Source: Chrysomallon squamiferum (taxonomy: Eukaryota > Animalia > Mollusca). Taken from it: a DNA stretch of 64,000 nt. The position numbers and the translations under genes were made by a program. Position 1 is the stretch's first letter; each line of letters begins with the position of its first letter. The stretch is from positions 32,922,001-32,986,000 of the forward strand of contig CM022670.1 in assembly GCA_012295275.1 (NCBI GenBank), read 5' to 3'. Below, piece after piece: positions 42,660-56,868 of this stretch. A model generated the notes under the pieces. That model saw nothing but the letters and a program-made list of their open reading frames with translations, did not search any database and was not told the DNA's origin.

Positions 42660-42962
42660 TAACCACATATAGTAATATACAGAGTAATAGTGGCCATAGT
42701 ATAGGTGGTAGTAGAGGTAATAGCAGTAGAAGTAAATCACAGTAGTAAAAGCAATGATGGTGATGATAGTAAGGCAAATATGGTAGTAGTAATATAAAAT
42801 AACTGTTATTCTAGCAAAGGTATAAGTAGTAATAGTAGTAGCAGGACCAGTAGCAATAGTAAACGTTGTGGTATTAGTAGAAAATGGTGATGATGTAGTA
42901 GTTGTAGTAGAAAATAGTAAAAGTAGTAGTAGTAAGAACAGTCATAGACGGAGTAGTAGTAA
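42660..42962. repeat. Degenerate (AGT)n triplet repeat
   Basis: Directly visible. Confidence 0.8.
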
Positions 42963-44049
42963 CGCAATATTATATTGTTGAAATGCTTCAAAACGAAATA
43001 CTTCGTACAAAATATTCTTACACTGAGCTTCATGTTTAAATGTCAGCGGTTTGTAATTTACTCATAATTGTATGCGATTGGAACAATGACGTAAAACTAC
43101 TAGCTGAGTTTATTCTGCTGGAAGGTATTGCCCTTTTTCAACTAACAGTTAGGTCAAACAGAATTTCACTGATTTTATAATAGGTAAATTTTTAATGTGT
43201 AAATCAGAACAATCTAGTTTGTTTGCCCAGACGTTAAAGAATGAATTGGTGGTTTTAAATGTCCCCACTTAGATGATTTAGGAGTGTGTTTAAGGAAGAC
43301 ATCTAAGAACATATTAAACTGATGACTTAACCACTGGTCGTCATTCAGCATATTATAGCTCTATGCACATCAACAGATCAACTATCATATGAATTCTTCA
43401 AGACATGTGATACAGGCTCTGTCTGGTCTGAGCTGGTCAATGTTTTTCAAATGATTTAAGCTCACATCAAAACTATTGAACGAAAGAATGAAGATTTAAC
43501 GTCAACAGGTATAAAATGTCGTGCATTTTCATTACAATTTTTGGTGAAGGAACATTCAAGAGCAAACTCACCACTGCTATCCCATGGATCATTTCTTTAG
43601 ACTAAATTACAAAGGAATCTTGCCACAGAGAAGTGGAATATATGTATATTGTATTGTGTCCAAAGACAGCAATATACAGTGCAGACAGTTACCCTTTGCT
43701 GCATGTAGACACATTAAAATTAGAATCAGTACGAGTACAAAAAGGGCACAGTAATAATCGATCTTGTAAATAACAATTTTTAAAATAAAATTTATCGAAT
43801 AAATCATTCTTGTCAGATTGTATTAGAATGTTAGTTTCACGCTATCGTGTAACGACAAATTATTTATTTAAAATATCTGACAGTATTATATTGATCAAAT
43901 TAATATTTGAGTTATGTATGTATGTTCCATATATAACGACTTCTTCTAAGTCTATTATTTGAAATATGCATAAAATTCAGTCAGAACTGTCTTTAGCAGA
44001 CAAACAAGGAACCTCGGATTATCTATCCAAGATAGCTGTATATAAGATT

Positions 44050-44670
44050 ATAACACAGTACTGTATAGTGTGATGTAGTATATAAGATAATATAATATAG
44101 TATAGTATTGTACAGCGTAGTATAATATAGTATAGTATGCCATAGTATAGTGTAGTATAGTATAGTATAGAATAGTATAGTATAGTAAAGTATGGTATGG
44201 TATAGTGTAGTGTAGTGTAATATACTACAGTATAATCCAGCACAGTATCATGTAGTATAGGATCGCATAGCACATCTTCAACATAGTACAACATATTTCG
44301 GGTACTGCTTAGTGTTGTGTAGTTTAATTCAATACAATGGGTGTATGGGTGTGTCTTAAATTTAACAAAATAAAGATTGGAACAATACTCGCACGTTTTT
44401 TTGAATTATCTTTAAAGGATTGCTTTGTACACAGTCATCAGTAAGAAATCAAATTAAACTTGAAAACAAATTTCACAACACTGTAAGACTGACAACACAG
44501 TACAATACAGTACTGTATAGTTCAGTTCAGTATAGTTCGGTATAGACAAGTTCAGTTCATTTAGTTCAATACAGTTCACTATAGTACAGTACAGTGCAAT
44601 TCAGTTCAGAACAATAAAGTGGAGTATAGTTCAGTATATTACAATAAAGTATATTAGAGTATAGTAGAGT
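44050..44670. repeat. Degenerate pentanucleotide repeats: (TATAG)n, then (CAGTA/CAGTT)n
   Basis: 5-nt periodic blocks at about 44050-44295 and 44490-44670. Confidence 0.85.
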
Positions 44671-47422
44671 TTATTAGCTTTCAGCCTTTAGGCATCTTAG
44701 CATACATTTCACACATACACATTGCAGAGATGAGATAAAGGATTCAGTGGTCTTACGAACCCCGAGGAAAATAGCCATTTATCAGCTGTTAAATTCCTTA
44801 ATATGAACACGTTCACAAGTAGCAACTACTAGCCTGTCCATCACTCCTCTGCTTTATCAAAGTAGCAATTCTAAAAAAGATACACACACTTTACAAATTC
44901 AGTCAGTGAACCAGTAATATTTATGCTGCCTTTACTGAGAAGCTTTAAGTTGCAAATTGATTCCTAACTGAGCGTAATCTTCTTGATCAGTTATTTATCG
45001 TGGATTAAATGTCTCAGAAGACCACAAGATTGGTTCTGGTCGCTTGTGCAATTGGACGTAAATATAAATATCGTTAGCGTAATGGACGTATTGGAACAGG
45101 TTTTTTTTTGTCCTCTCTTCTCGTCATTTCAAGAGTTTTGTGTCCTTTTGAAACATTCGCCAATATTGGCTTCTTTTACATAAAAGCGCTGCAGTGCACG
45201 TAGCTGACGGAATCTGCAGACTAAGATAACTGACTGATACATAATATTGCTAATTTGTGTTTAATTCTGTCCCGGTTGAAGTTAACTGTTAAAATAGAAA
45301 TATATTACTGCAAATTATAAACAGGATCAATAACAGGATCATGTAACTAAGAAAAAAGAATGAATGAAGTAAATTAAAAATGAAAAGTTTCTGAAAATTA
45401 AAAACTATTTTTTTAAACGAGATGGAGAGAGAAAAAAATAATGGCCATGTATCTCTGTTTTTCTCATTGTATCTTTTTTCTCTCTCGCTCTTCTCATCTC
45501 TCCATCTATCTTTCTTTCTTTCTCTCTGTCTATTTATCTTTTCATGAATCTCTGATTTATATAAAGAATATAAAGACATTCACAAACTCGTACATCATAG
45601 AACTCGTACATCAGAATTTGACATTCGAGAAGCGGATAATGGTTTAAATCCTGTATTCAGTCATGATGATTTTGAGAAAATCCCTTAAACTATGGATATC
45701 TAACTTACTGCCAATCAACTAGAAAAAAAACCTTCTCTATTACTGATGTAAAAAACTTCTGTTTCTCGGCAGGTTTGATTGATGCAATGTCATTCAGCAC
45801 GAAATTTTATTGTAATGTCATTTTGGTATCTTTATACGAAAAAATAACAAAACTACCGGAATTTATGCACACACGAGTGCACTTAACTATCATAGATATT
45901 TACTTCAATAAAACACGAACAATCTTCCGTCATTCTTACAAAATAAAAATCGATATACATATCGAAGTGACAGTACGTGGAGAAGAAAAAAATAATGAGG
46001 AGATTAAATTTATTCTCTGCTTGATTCTAAGCGTTCATTTGCTTACATTTATTATTTTTTTAAAAAGAAGAAAAAAAATATATAGAAAACAAACTTTTAG
46101 GTTAATTAATTGGAATTATTTATACTCATATCAAATGACATATTAATGCAGCTGCGTGTGATAATGTGAAATGAACACACTAGTGTTAACTTGTTAACCC
46201 ACTGCATTGCAATTCTAGTGAATCAGAAGGAAATGAAAATTCGGCAAATGGCTTAACTGATACATTATGCAACGTAATGACTGAAGCGATGACATTTCAG
46301 CTAAGGGTAACATCATCGATTCTTTGATATTGTCACGTACAGAAACAATCTATCAAAACATGACGATTATCGTAAAATATTTCAAATTTACGTTTTTAGC
46401 ATCTAATCATACCGAATGAAAGAGTTATTATTACTTTTTTATTCTTCTTTGTAATAATAATAATAATAATAATAATAATACAATATATATATATATATAT
46501 GTTAAATAAAATTAAAATTAAAAAAAAAATCGCATTCAAAATTTTAGTGCATTGGTCACAGGTATGTGAATATTTACAGCTGATTTATCATGGACGACAT
46601 CTTTGGCAATGATACTGATAATTTTATTATAATTTGAAGAATATATATATGACAATAAAATCCTTGCTTTTGATAGGCAGAAATGACTACAGTGATATTC
46701 TTATAACTTTAAGACTAACTGTAAAAGATTCTGCTCAGATAGAAGTCTCAGATGTACGTTTATAATAAAGTTAAATGAAGCAACTGAAAGAAAAACTAGC
46801 TAATCACATTAACAATTTTCATAAACGAACCGTTGATTCAATCTGTCCTCTGTATTTATAAAGGATATGTGATTTACCTTCTGACGGGCTCCGGAAATTT
46901 CGTTACACTTTGTCATTACAGAAAATAATTAAACCAAAGTATATTAGCATTTTGTGTTTTCAGGTTAATCAGATCGAGATCGATGTCCTCTATATGGAGG
47001 GTAAAGCATTTGAATTAATGTTACTTTCTTGAAGCAATTCTTAATATTCTATTGTAACGATTTATAATTATTAAAGATACTGTTATCAACAAACAATATT
47101 GCTTTCACAGATAGAATCTGCCGCCTTTAATATTTCCGCTGTCGATATTCATCTGTAGTAAAGCGTATTGTTAAACGTGCTCCGCACTATATTTCTCTAT
47201 CCTCTAGTAAATCAGAAAAGTAATGTCCTAGTCATTATTATCAAATGGTTTTTCATCTACATTTGTTTGTAAGAAAATTAATGGTAGATGGGATTATACC
47301 AGTCATAATTTATGAGTTCAAAATATTTTACTAAAATGCTTTGGTGCAAATCTAATGTTAAATATTTTAGCAGTAACGTGTTATTTTTTCCACAGCTAGT
47401 TTATAAATCATACTGATAAACA

Positions 47423-47424
<2 letters not shown>

Positions 47425-47462
<38 letters not shown>
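47425..47462. repeat. (CA)n microsatellite
   Basis: Directly visible. Confidence 0.95.
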
Positions 47463-47465
<3 letters not shown>

Positions 47466-50400
47466 CTTCTCTCTTTTTATCTTGCTCTTTGTTTCTCTTT
47501 CTGTCTCTGAAACTTTCTTTCTCTATCTGAAATACTCAAACGGATGCTGTCTTGTTTACACTCTTTTACATTTTCAGAGTAAAGAAAACCACAACAAACA
47601 AAACAGATACGTGATTCGAAGCTATGAAATGAAAGAAAACTTGGTTGAATATTAGAAATGTCATCATCTTTACTTCTCACATGCGCTCACAAAATATAAT
47701 TAATTTCGTGATTCTTCAAAATAAAACTTTAACTAGTACTAATTTCTTGAGATAAATCGTAACTGAAAAAATAATAACTTCCTTGTTGTCCATCATCACG
47801 ACTTGGAGTGGAGAAGATTTTTCTGCAATTAAATTGTATGGAACATTTATTAAACATGTCTTAAACTCGAATCTTTAATTTGGTATTAATTAAAAAACAG
47901 TCAGAAATCTATAAAGTTAATCACGGAACGAAAACAAGATAAATACTTCATCTATGTTAGATTTATGCGTGTGTATATGTATGTATGTCTGTTTGTATGT
48001 AAGTACGTAAACAAGCAAGTGAGTAAGTGGGTTTGCTTGATTGCATGTATGTATGTGTGTATATATGTATGTATGCATGATGTATGTAGGCAGGTAGGTA
48101 GGTAGGTAGGCAGGTAGGCAGGTACTTACTAACGCATGTATGTACGTATGAATGTGTATGTGCATGGCTTTTTATATTTGTTTATGAGTATGGATATATA
48201 CATGCGCGCAGGTGATCACTTGATTGGGATATTATATTCTAGCTAATATTGAACAAAATAAAATAAAAAAAAAAAAAAAAAAAAAAACGTAAGAACATAA
48301 GGGAAAAAATATCCTGTCGTTTTATCATCTGATTTGTTTGTGAGGACGAAAAAAACAAACAAAAAACAACAACAGAAAACACAAGTCTCAAATCACAGAT
48401 AGAAAAACAAATGATGTTGCTTTTAATACATCAGTTGGCCTCTTCAGGCTGTTAAGGCATCGTGTTATCAAATGTGATTCAACGCACCGATTCTATTGCT
48501 GGTTACAATAGCTTATCAAATAAACCAATAAACTGTGCATTATCGTTGTTTTAAACGTGCCGATTGGGGAATAAATGTCAGGATGTGTCATCATAACTCA
48601 TAAAGGCCATTATTTTCGCATAAAAGATTTTAGATATAATGTCCGGCTAACGTCAATGTAGTAATCAGCCCATCGGATGAGCTAACAAAGATAATAACAA
48701 ACAAAATGCTCCAGTTCTTAATTAGTAGCCAGGTGCGTAATTCCCGTTATCTACAATCTCAGTGATTGCAGTTACTGTGTGTAAAAGCACAAGACTGATC
48801 ACTATAGAGGTGCATCAATCTTTCTAATGGCGATCTTGGTGCAGTACTGCATGAACAGTCTCTCTACCACTTAGAGATATATTTTATTATAATGGTAAAG
48901 CATGGTATGTGTATGTGTGTTTTAAAACCTGGGGTGTCGTATGGATGTATCTGGCAACTGTTGTTTATTTTTTGTTTGTTTGTTCGCACGTTCATTTGTG
49001 TTTCTCTTGGCTCAAGTAATTCCATCATCGTATTTATCTTCCTGTTACAAATAGCATACAAACATGCATAGACATATACAATTACATACAGACACCTACG
49101 TCTACATAAGTATAGAAATGTATATACAGATTCATAGAACATGCTTGTAGGCGCATAATATTAAAAATTCATTAAACTACTTCCTCGCATCAGATACAAA
49201 ACAGGTGAAAAAAGGTGACGCGTGGACAGTCAAACGCGACATTGTTCTAGGACACTACCATTAACGTGGACGATATATCGGAAATCAAATAACTGCCGTC
49301 TGTTAAAGACATTATCAGAAGAAGAAAAAAAAGTCCATTAATCGACCAAATCCATCGCTGTTGTTAACAAACAGTCAGTAGGATTGGTCAATGTAATCGC
49401 AGGAAATCTCTGATACCTTGAATGCTGTTTGCTGCCAGTAAAACGAATTAATGCAGGAAAACGTCAAAAGAAATGTTTAACATTAATTGTTGATCACATT
49501 AGATGTCAAATAACTGTGGCTTGTTTTACAGACGTGAACGATGGAATGAAAAATGTTTAATAAAACATTGGTTACAAGAAAAAGATGGAGAATGTCGAAT
49601 GATATTTTGGGGCTTGACTATTCTAGACAAAAAAAAAAGACTGATGAAACTGATGTCAAACAATCAATCACCTACACATTACACACCCACCTACATCCAC
49701 TCAGAGATGGGTAGGATATACATAAAATAAAATAAATGTTGTTAATCCATTTGTGTATGTAAGCTTGTTCATTTAAACATTCAGCTTGCCAATTCAGTAT
49801 CTTATAAATGTATTGCATCTTAGATCTCTATACATCCAGGACATTAAACACTGACTCTCAAATGTTTTGTAATCAAAACTGAACCTATAAACTGAAACCA
49901 TTTTTGTCAGGACCATGATCAAGGCTAAGTCCAGTTTCAAAGCATCTAAATCTTATTTGAATACGGGCATTTGTCTCCCAGTCTCTCTGTTAATCTATCC
50001 ATCTATCTGTCTGTCTGTCTCTCTGTCTATGAGTCTGCTTCATTCTGTTTCTCTGTGTATTTATTGTGTATCAGTATAATATTTACATGCATACGATCCA
50101 CATAGGAGCAACTGCTTTTACAAAACTCGTGAAAAACTGCCGGAAATTTTGATCAAAGGAAGCAGAGATCAGTTTTTCTTTTACGTTATATGATATGTGA
50201 TTTGTGATCATTGCATATTACCAATCACTTAAAAATTGATTCATGTGTTTTTATCTTTGTAAAATTTCGGAACAGTCAACCCATCTGTCCCCCTTAACGC
50301 CTATGTTCACATATTTACACGAGTATGTGTTCGTCCGCACGTACATGTGTTTATTTTTGTTGTGTAATTGTATATTTAATTTGCTGCTGTTGACATTTTT

Positions 50401-51022
50401 ACACATTTGTGGTGTTTATGTGGAAATGTCTGATTAGACTACTGTTACTATCAAAAACATGCTGAATGGAAATCGTTAGATTTTTAATCGTATCTCGACA
50501 CAGTTAGAACTGATCGTAACAGCCGTAATCGTCTTAGCTGAGTATTAAAGCGATTATCCAAAACGAGAAGGCGTAATTTGAAAAAGAAGAAAGAAAAACC
50601 CATCCAGCTGGATTCTTATTTATTTCTTGAATATTTTGTAAATAATAATAACTTCCTCAATTCTGACTACACCTACAACTTCCTCTACGAAAATAAATAT
50701 CTTAGTTTGATTTCGCAATGTTGAGAAAGTAACTGGATTTTGAATAGTTAATACTGTTTTTTATGTAGTGTGCAACTATTTAAAAAATAAAAAATAAAAC
50801 AAGACATGATGTTTATAACAAAAAGGATTATATTTAGATGCATCTTTAGTTAATTCCTATGACACTCTAGAATGTATGTGTGTCTTGATGTGTTTTCAAC
50901 GAAAGGTTGTTTTTGTATTTTACAGGTATAGGAAATTTGGGTAGGCGGTTTCAAGATGTAAAGAATCAACAGATGCATTAATGAAACATTTAAACGTACT
51001 GGCTTATTTATATAAACACTAT

Positions 51023-51102
51023 ACACACACACACACATACACAAACACAAATATACAAACATACACACACATACACACACACGTACACATATATGGGTCG
51101 AT

Positions 51103-51165
<63 letters not shown>
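51023..51165. repeat. (CA)n + (GA)n compound microsatellite
   Basis: Directly visible. Confidence 0.95.
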
Positions 51166-51170
<5 letters not shown>

Positions 51171-51860
51171 TGAAATAGAAACGAAATTTTATGTCTCAAG
51201 TATGTAGAGTAGCAAAATATATAATAATAATAATAATAATAACAATAAATAAAAAAAATCCATCAAAACACATCTACACGCACACCCACTAAAACAGGTA
51301 ATAAAATAAAACAAAGAAAAAAAAAACAAAGCAAAAAATGAATAAATAAAAAATAAAAAATATTTACGTCGACAGTAAAGCACAGATTAATAATCATTAG
51401 AAAACGTTTATATCTACAAACTAGGAACCGTGATTTTCTTTGTGTTGGGATGCCTTTGTTTGGTGGTATCCATAAAGACACCTTGAAACAGCAACACACA
51501 GAAAGGTCTGACGAGCTTTCTTGCACGGAAAACCAAAACCATTCCGTGCGTTTCTTCGATTTTCCTACATTGCCTCACACATTTCAAGCGTTTCACTTAA
51601 GTGGTCAAAGAAAGGCCATTGATTACCCGCCTTTTAATTCGTGATTTATGTGGAATACCGAATCCGGCAGGTCCCAGAGAATTGTTAAAAAAACAACAAA
51701 AGTTTTTAGTTTGTTTTATTATTTTTATTTTTATTTTTATTTTTTTTTTTTTTACTTTTTTTTGTTTGTTTTTGTTTGTTTTGGTACGGAAGTTAGTATG
51801 GATGACTGAACGGGACATCTTTTGAAAATATCCTTAGCTCTTTTGATAAAAGTTAATATA

Positions 51861-51866
51861 TGTATT

Positions 51867-51925
<59 letters not shown>
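51861..51925. repeat. (TA)n microsatellite
   Basis: Directly visible, about 250 bp upstream of the promoter-like segment. Confidence 0.95.
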
Positions 51926-52174
51926 TTAAATAAAAAACAAACCAAAAGAAAGAAAAAATAACTAAAGAAGAACAGAAGAAAAAAAAAGAGAATAGGCAAA
52001 TAGCAATAATAATAAAGAAAAAAAAAATAGCATAAAAACTTTCAACATCGATTAGACTTAGTTATCGGTTAAATAAAAGAAACAGAAAGAAAGAAAGAAA
52101 GAAATGACACCTGTACTAAAAAGTGCTCGACAAATCGTGATACAGATAATAACATTGCTCCACCTTTCACAAGG

Positions 52175-52410
52175 AAACAGCCAATGGGCGGCGAATGACA
52201 GAAACGAAATTAGAGTGAGAACAAATTCTGTCGATAGGCAAAATAAACGCCCCCTGCGCAACCTACGTCACAGCCGGCGGTAACATAAGTTTGCCGTGCG
52301 CAAAGGCTGACCATATTGCTTATTTGCCGCACAAGCCTCCCAGCAGAATGCCTCACTCATGACCAGGCTTAAATACTCACACTGTTGTTTTGTATTCTTG
52401 CAGACAAAAC
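52175..52410 (+). promoter_or_regulatory. Promoter-like CpG-rich segment upstream of the precursor ATG
   Basis: CCAAT (52181-52185) abutting GGGCGG (52186-52191); TGCGCA at 52255 and 52297; CRE-like TACGTCA (52264-52270); TATA-like TTAAATA (52369-52375). It overlaps an acceptor-like signal (tactcac...ttcttgcag ending at 52403), so its role is ambiguous. Confidence 0.5.
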
Positions 52411-52477
52411 ATGTTGCAAACAAGTTGGATTCACATAACCGCAGTCTTAACGCTTAGCCTACTATTAACTCAAACAG
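52411..52477 (+). CDS. Coding exon 1 of a putative secreted neuropeptide precursor (signal peptide exon, MLQTSWIHITAVLTLSLLLTQT + 1 nt)
   Basis: ATG in an A-rich Kozak-like context (aaaacATG); 22 codons with a hydrophobic core (ITAVLTLSLLL); strong donor CAG|GTAAGA at 52478, phase 1; splices in frame to 57898. Confidence 0.85.
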
Positions 52478-53575
52478 GTAAGAGTTTTATATACTTTTTT
52501 TTAAATTGTCGTTTTCAGTTTAAATTAGATTTTTAATCTGAGAATGTGTTGTCTAATACGATTAGAGTATTAGTTTCAAAAATTATTGTTTAATCTATAA
52601 GGAGAATAATTTACTAGGATAAATATTAAAAAAAAAAAATAATAATAATTCATTAATTTATTAAGTCTTTGAAAATGATGGCTTCCTTGCTAATGAGTAA
52701 TGCGTCTGCTTACTTAAGAAATCGTCGTAAGTGACAGTCTTACCAAAACTTTGTTTTTCTTCCACAGAGTATTGGTTATACCGCGTAATTTCTCATGTAT
52801 TAACACTGAACCCAAAACTTCATGCAAAAACATTTGTCTGATCTTTCAGGAGTTAGTAAAAATACTTTTCAGATTTCCTACAGACACTGTAATTGTCATT
52901 TAGACCTTTTCTTAATAAAGTGACAAAAGTCGCTTTGATAAAGCTGCATTAAACTGAACTTTCTAGAATATAACGCACTTAGATGGTCCCCTAAATACCT
53001 GTTGTAATCTTTCATAGTTTTGGGTTATTTTATATTAATTCTTTTTCGAAAAGTTGTTTCTCAGTTCCAAATATCTATCTATCGATCTGTCTGACTGTCT
53101 GTCTCTCTATCTATCTATCTATCTATCTATCTATATATCTCTCTATCTATCAATTTTCTTTCTGTCTGTCTATCTATACATATGCACACACACAAAATAA
53201 AAAATTTAAAAAAAATAAAAATAAAGAAATAATAGTAAGTTATAAAATATTAAGTTCACAAAATACAATGGTGTTATTGGAATTCTGAAGACGAGAGTTC
53301 CAGTTGCATATTAATTAATTTCCTTTTCATGAATAACGCGCAAATATATAGAGCAAATCCATACGATCTTTAAGAACCGTCGTCGTAAAAAATGAACGTA
53401 TTCTCCATGTTACCTGCAGAATATGATTAATCTTCCGTATTGATTTACCGTACTCCAGAATTACAAAAATTGTTACTCAGAGATGTAAAATTAAATACGT
53501 GTTGTGTGTGTCTCTGTCTGTGTATACGTATCTTTATCATTCTCGTTCCTCTGTTTCGCTTTCTATCTCTCGCTG

Positions 53576-53731
53576 TATATATGTATGTATGTATATATGT
53601 ATGTATCTTTGAATGCATGCATATGTATGTACGTATGTACGTATGTACGTATGTGTGTATGTATGTACGTATGTACGTATGTATGTGTATGTATGTATGT
53701 ATGTATGTATGTGTGTGTGTATGTATGTATG
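53576..53731. repeat. Degenerate (ATGT)n microsatellite (intronic)
   Basis: Directly visible. Confidence 0.93.
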
Positions 53732-55131
53732 TATTTATCTTTCTATGTATGTGTCTCCGTTATGTAAATTTCTGTTGCTTATCACTTTCAGATCTGTTTT
53801 ATCTGTATTTTTCAAAACCTACAAAATGAAGCTACACACGTGCGTCTTACAACATAGTCTTAAGTAAGATTCAAAATACCGTAGACCTAAATGAATCTCT
53901 TTTTTAAAAGTAGAAAAATATCAGCTGTCACAGTTATAACACATATACATATTTTTTGTAATATTTATTCCTCTTTTGATTTGAAAAAAAAATAACCTAA
54001 AAAAATGTATTAAAAAAAAAGATTTAAGAAAAAGAAGAAGAAGAAAAAAAGTAAATGTCAAAACATTTAAAAAATAATAATAAAAAAATAGATGTTTTAG
54101 TATTTTAAGTAGCTTCGTTTTTTGACTCTTCAGTAATTCAAAGATTTTTATTTTTTAACGATTTTTCTTTAAACTTCAAAAAATTTAATAAGCTGACAAT
54201 CACGTTCAGATTCATTCATTCTGTCACCCGTTCCAGTTCTCAACTGATAGCTCCAATTAACATCTGTCTTTTTTTCGCATCATTGACATTTGGAATACGT
54301 CTGAATCAGACTTCTGAAGAAAAAATATTTGATTAAGAAACCATGTATTATATAAACTCTGACACTTCAAGAATTACAATACTAATTTTCCAGTCACAAA
54401 TATCGTGAAAATGCAAGTAGCTTTCTATAAAAATTCTCACTATACTTTTAAATGGTTTTATTATATAACGTCTGTCTGCCATCGTAGATTTTTGAAATTT
54501 AAAATAGAAATATATATTATAATTATTATGTTAAAGGAGTTAAAGGAATCTGTTTAAGACTAATCAGTGTCTATTTGAAATCAATTTATATCTTTTTTTT
54601 TTTCTAGAAATGATTCAAAATATCGTTCGGCATTCTCAATCTTTTTCTTGTAACCATTATATCTTTTCAAATGATTCTATTCCTTCAAAATTCGCAACAT
54701 AATCCCTTACACCTCAGAATTACGCGTGCTTACAGTTAATACTGTTGTTAAAAACATCAAGTTTACGGTAATATATTTAATCTTAGTCATTTTTTATTTG
54801 ATATTATATATGCTGTGATGTCAAAGTATGATGACATCGGAATTAAAAGCCTACAAATGTATTTCCTGAATTAAGCGGTTTTTTTTAAAAAAAAGCGTCA
54901 TCGTCATAGATATTTTATAAATATTTTTTGAAAAAATATTTGTATCAAGCAAAAAAAAAAAAAAAAAAAAAAAAATAAATAAAAATAAAAATAAAATAGC
55001 AACAGCGACAACGATGACGATGACAATAACAACACAACATAATTTCGAACTAAAGAAAATCCCCACAGAATCGCATTATTTTTTCTTCTTAAAAACATAC
55101 CGAAAGACACAGTTAGAAACGCTAACAACAA

Positions 55132-55164
<33 letters not shown>

Positions 55165-55189
55165 AAAGGTAAAAGAAAAACCTAAGGGG

Positions 55190-55220
<31 letters not shown>

Positions 55221-56665
55221 TAAAAAAAAAAAAAAAAAGAAAGAAAAAGGTTCAGAGTAGATGGCCATAGGCATAATACAAGGTTAGTTGAGTAAAAGCA
55301 AAACACTGGATGTGTAGTACTAACAGGACTTAATCTGTGATTCGAAGCAGAAGAATTGTGTAGATCTTTGACATTTCTTGCCCCGCATTAGGGAATTAAT
55401 TATCCGTAATGAAGAAATCACAGAAGAATTAACGCCACTCCTAGTCCACTGGCCTCACTTGCTGTGTACGCTACGTGATAAACAGATTACACACTAACGT
55501 GCTTAATCCTTGGTGAGGTGCCCGAAGTCACCATTACATCGTATTTTAATTAACTGACGATAACAAACTTTTAACATAATAACAGTGCTTCCAGATGACG
55601 TCTTTTGTATGCTGTGAAGGTTTGACAGGAATGTGATCATAGCTACATCTGTTGTTACCATCATGCCACAGTGTTTTAAAGCATGCTCATAAAAGTTTCA
55701 TCATAAAGATATCCATGATAATGATGATAATGATGACACTACAGCTTTACAAAATTTACGACTATTGCAGAAAATATAATTTAATTTCACTGTTTGTCAC
55801 TTTGGTAATTTTCCTACTTATCACTTCCAAGTATATCAGATTTCCATATTTATCAGAATTTGCAAACATTAATTTCATGATAAGGTTATTTCTCCAATTT
55901 CCTACAGTTGGTATGTTTAACTCTGAAAGCAGACGATTTACAGTTATGGGGAAATAGCAGCACAAACCTTAGACAAAGAATTAGACTTGCTCAGTGAAAT
56001 GCTCCTTTCTATTTGCGTCCACAGGAAATTACCCCGTGTCGTCCCGTGCCCAGTGACTGAGATATCGACAGATATTGTGCATGCTTTTTACTGGAAAGAG
56101 CACAAAGAAAATCGCTTACTAATAAGACTAGCCTATGCTATCACAATTTACAATTTACTATTAAACCTCATTATAAAAAAAAAAACGAAATATTTGACAC
56201 TAAGTATAGGTATCAGATCGTTTATCCCGCTTCCAGAAAATAGTAATAACTGTTTCAATTTGAATTTTCTAACTATATTTATGTATTTTACATCGTTTAT
56301 TTTATATTTTAATATATTTTAAATCATGGTCCAGAAAACTGGAAAATCCAGACATCCACATTCAAAAGCTTGCCGGACAAATAATCTGACACCCATAACA
56401 GTTAATAAAAAATACGTTGAGATATCGTTTATACCCGAAATATTCACTATTAATTTCAGCTGCAGGACGTGTATTATGATTAGTAATTATAGTAATTATA
56501 GTGTATTATAGTAATTTTATAAAATTATTATGAGTTCATCTGGTACTAAACGTTTTGAATTCCTAATTGCCATTCGCTTTATTACACTTATAACGTCATC
56601 TACAATTATTAAACTGATAGTAAAAAACTGGCTTTTGAAAAAAACATATAGTTTAATGCTCTTAT

Positions 56666-56868
56666 ATCGGAATAAAGTTATAATTAGCCTTTTGATACGA
56701 ATAGCAAATTAATGCTTAAAATATACACGTGGTTTTAATGTGATATAATTACCAGACTGTGTTAAAATCCTCGAAGTTTTTAACACGATCTGGAAAATAA
56801 CTATTAATTAAAACTGCATGTTTAAGCATTAATTTACTATCAACGTTTTATTATAGTTTTAGTTCGAT
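56666..56868. mobile_element. Imperfect long palindrome, probably a foldback MITE-like element
   Basis: 56701-56720 pairs with 56821-56840 (19/20); 56752-56767 pairs with 56778-56793 (14/16); the intervening arms also pair; loop about 10 nt (tcctcgaagt). Outer limits are approximate and no TSD was identified. Confidence 0.6.

Noticed and set aside
43551-43635. Fragments reminiscent of a gastropod SINE body or tail (also near 10291, 11921, 16565, 34768, 43318)
   Set aside because: The resemblance is from memory only, and the pieces are too short and diverged to delimit without a repeat library.
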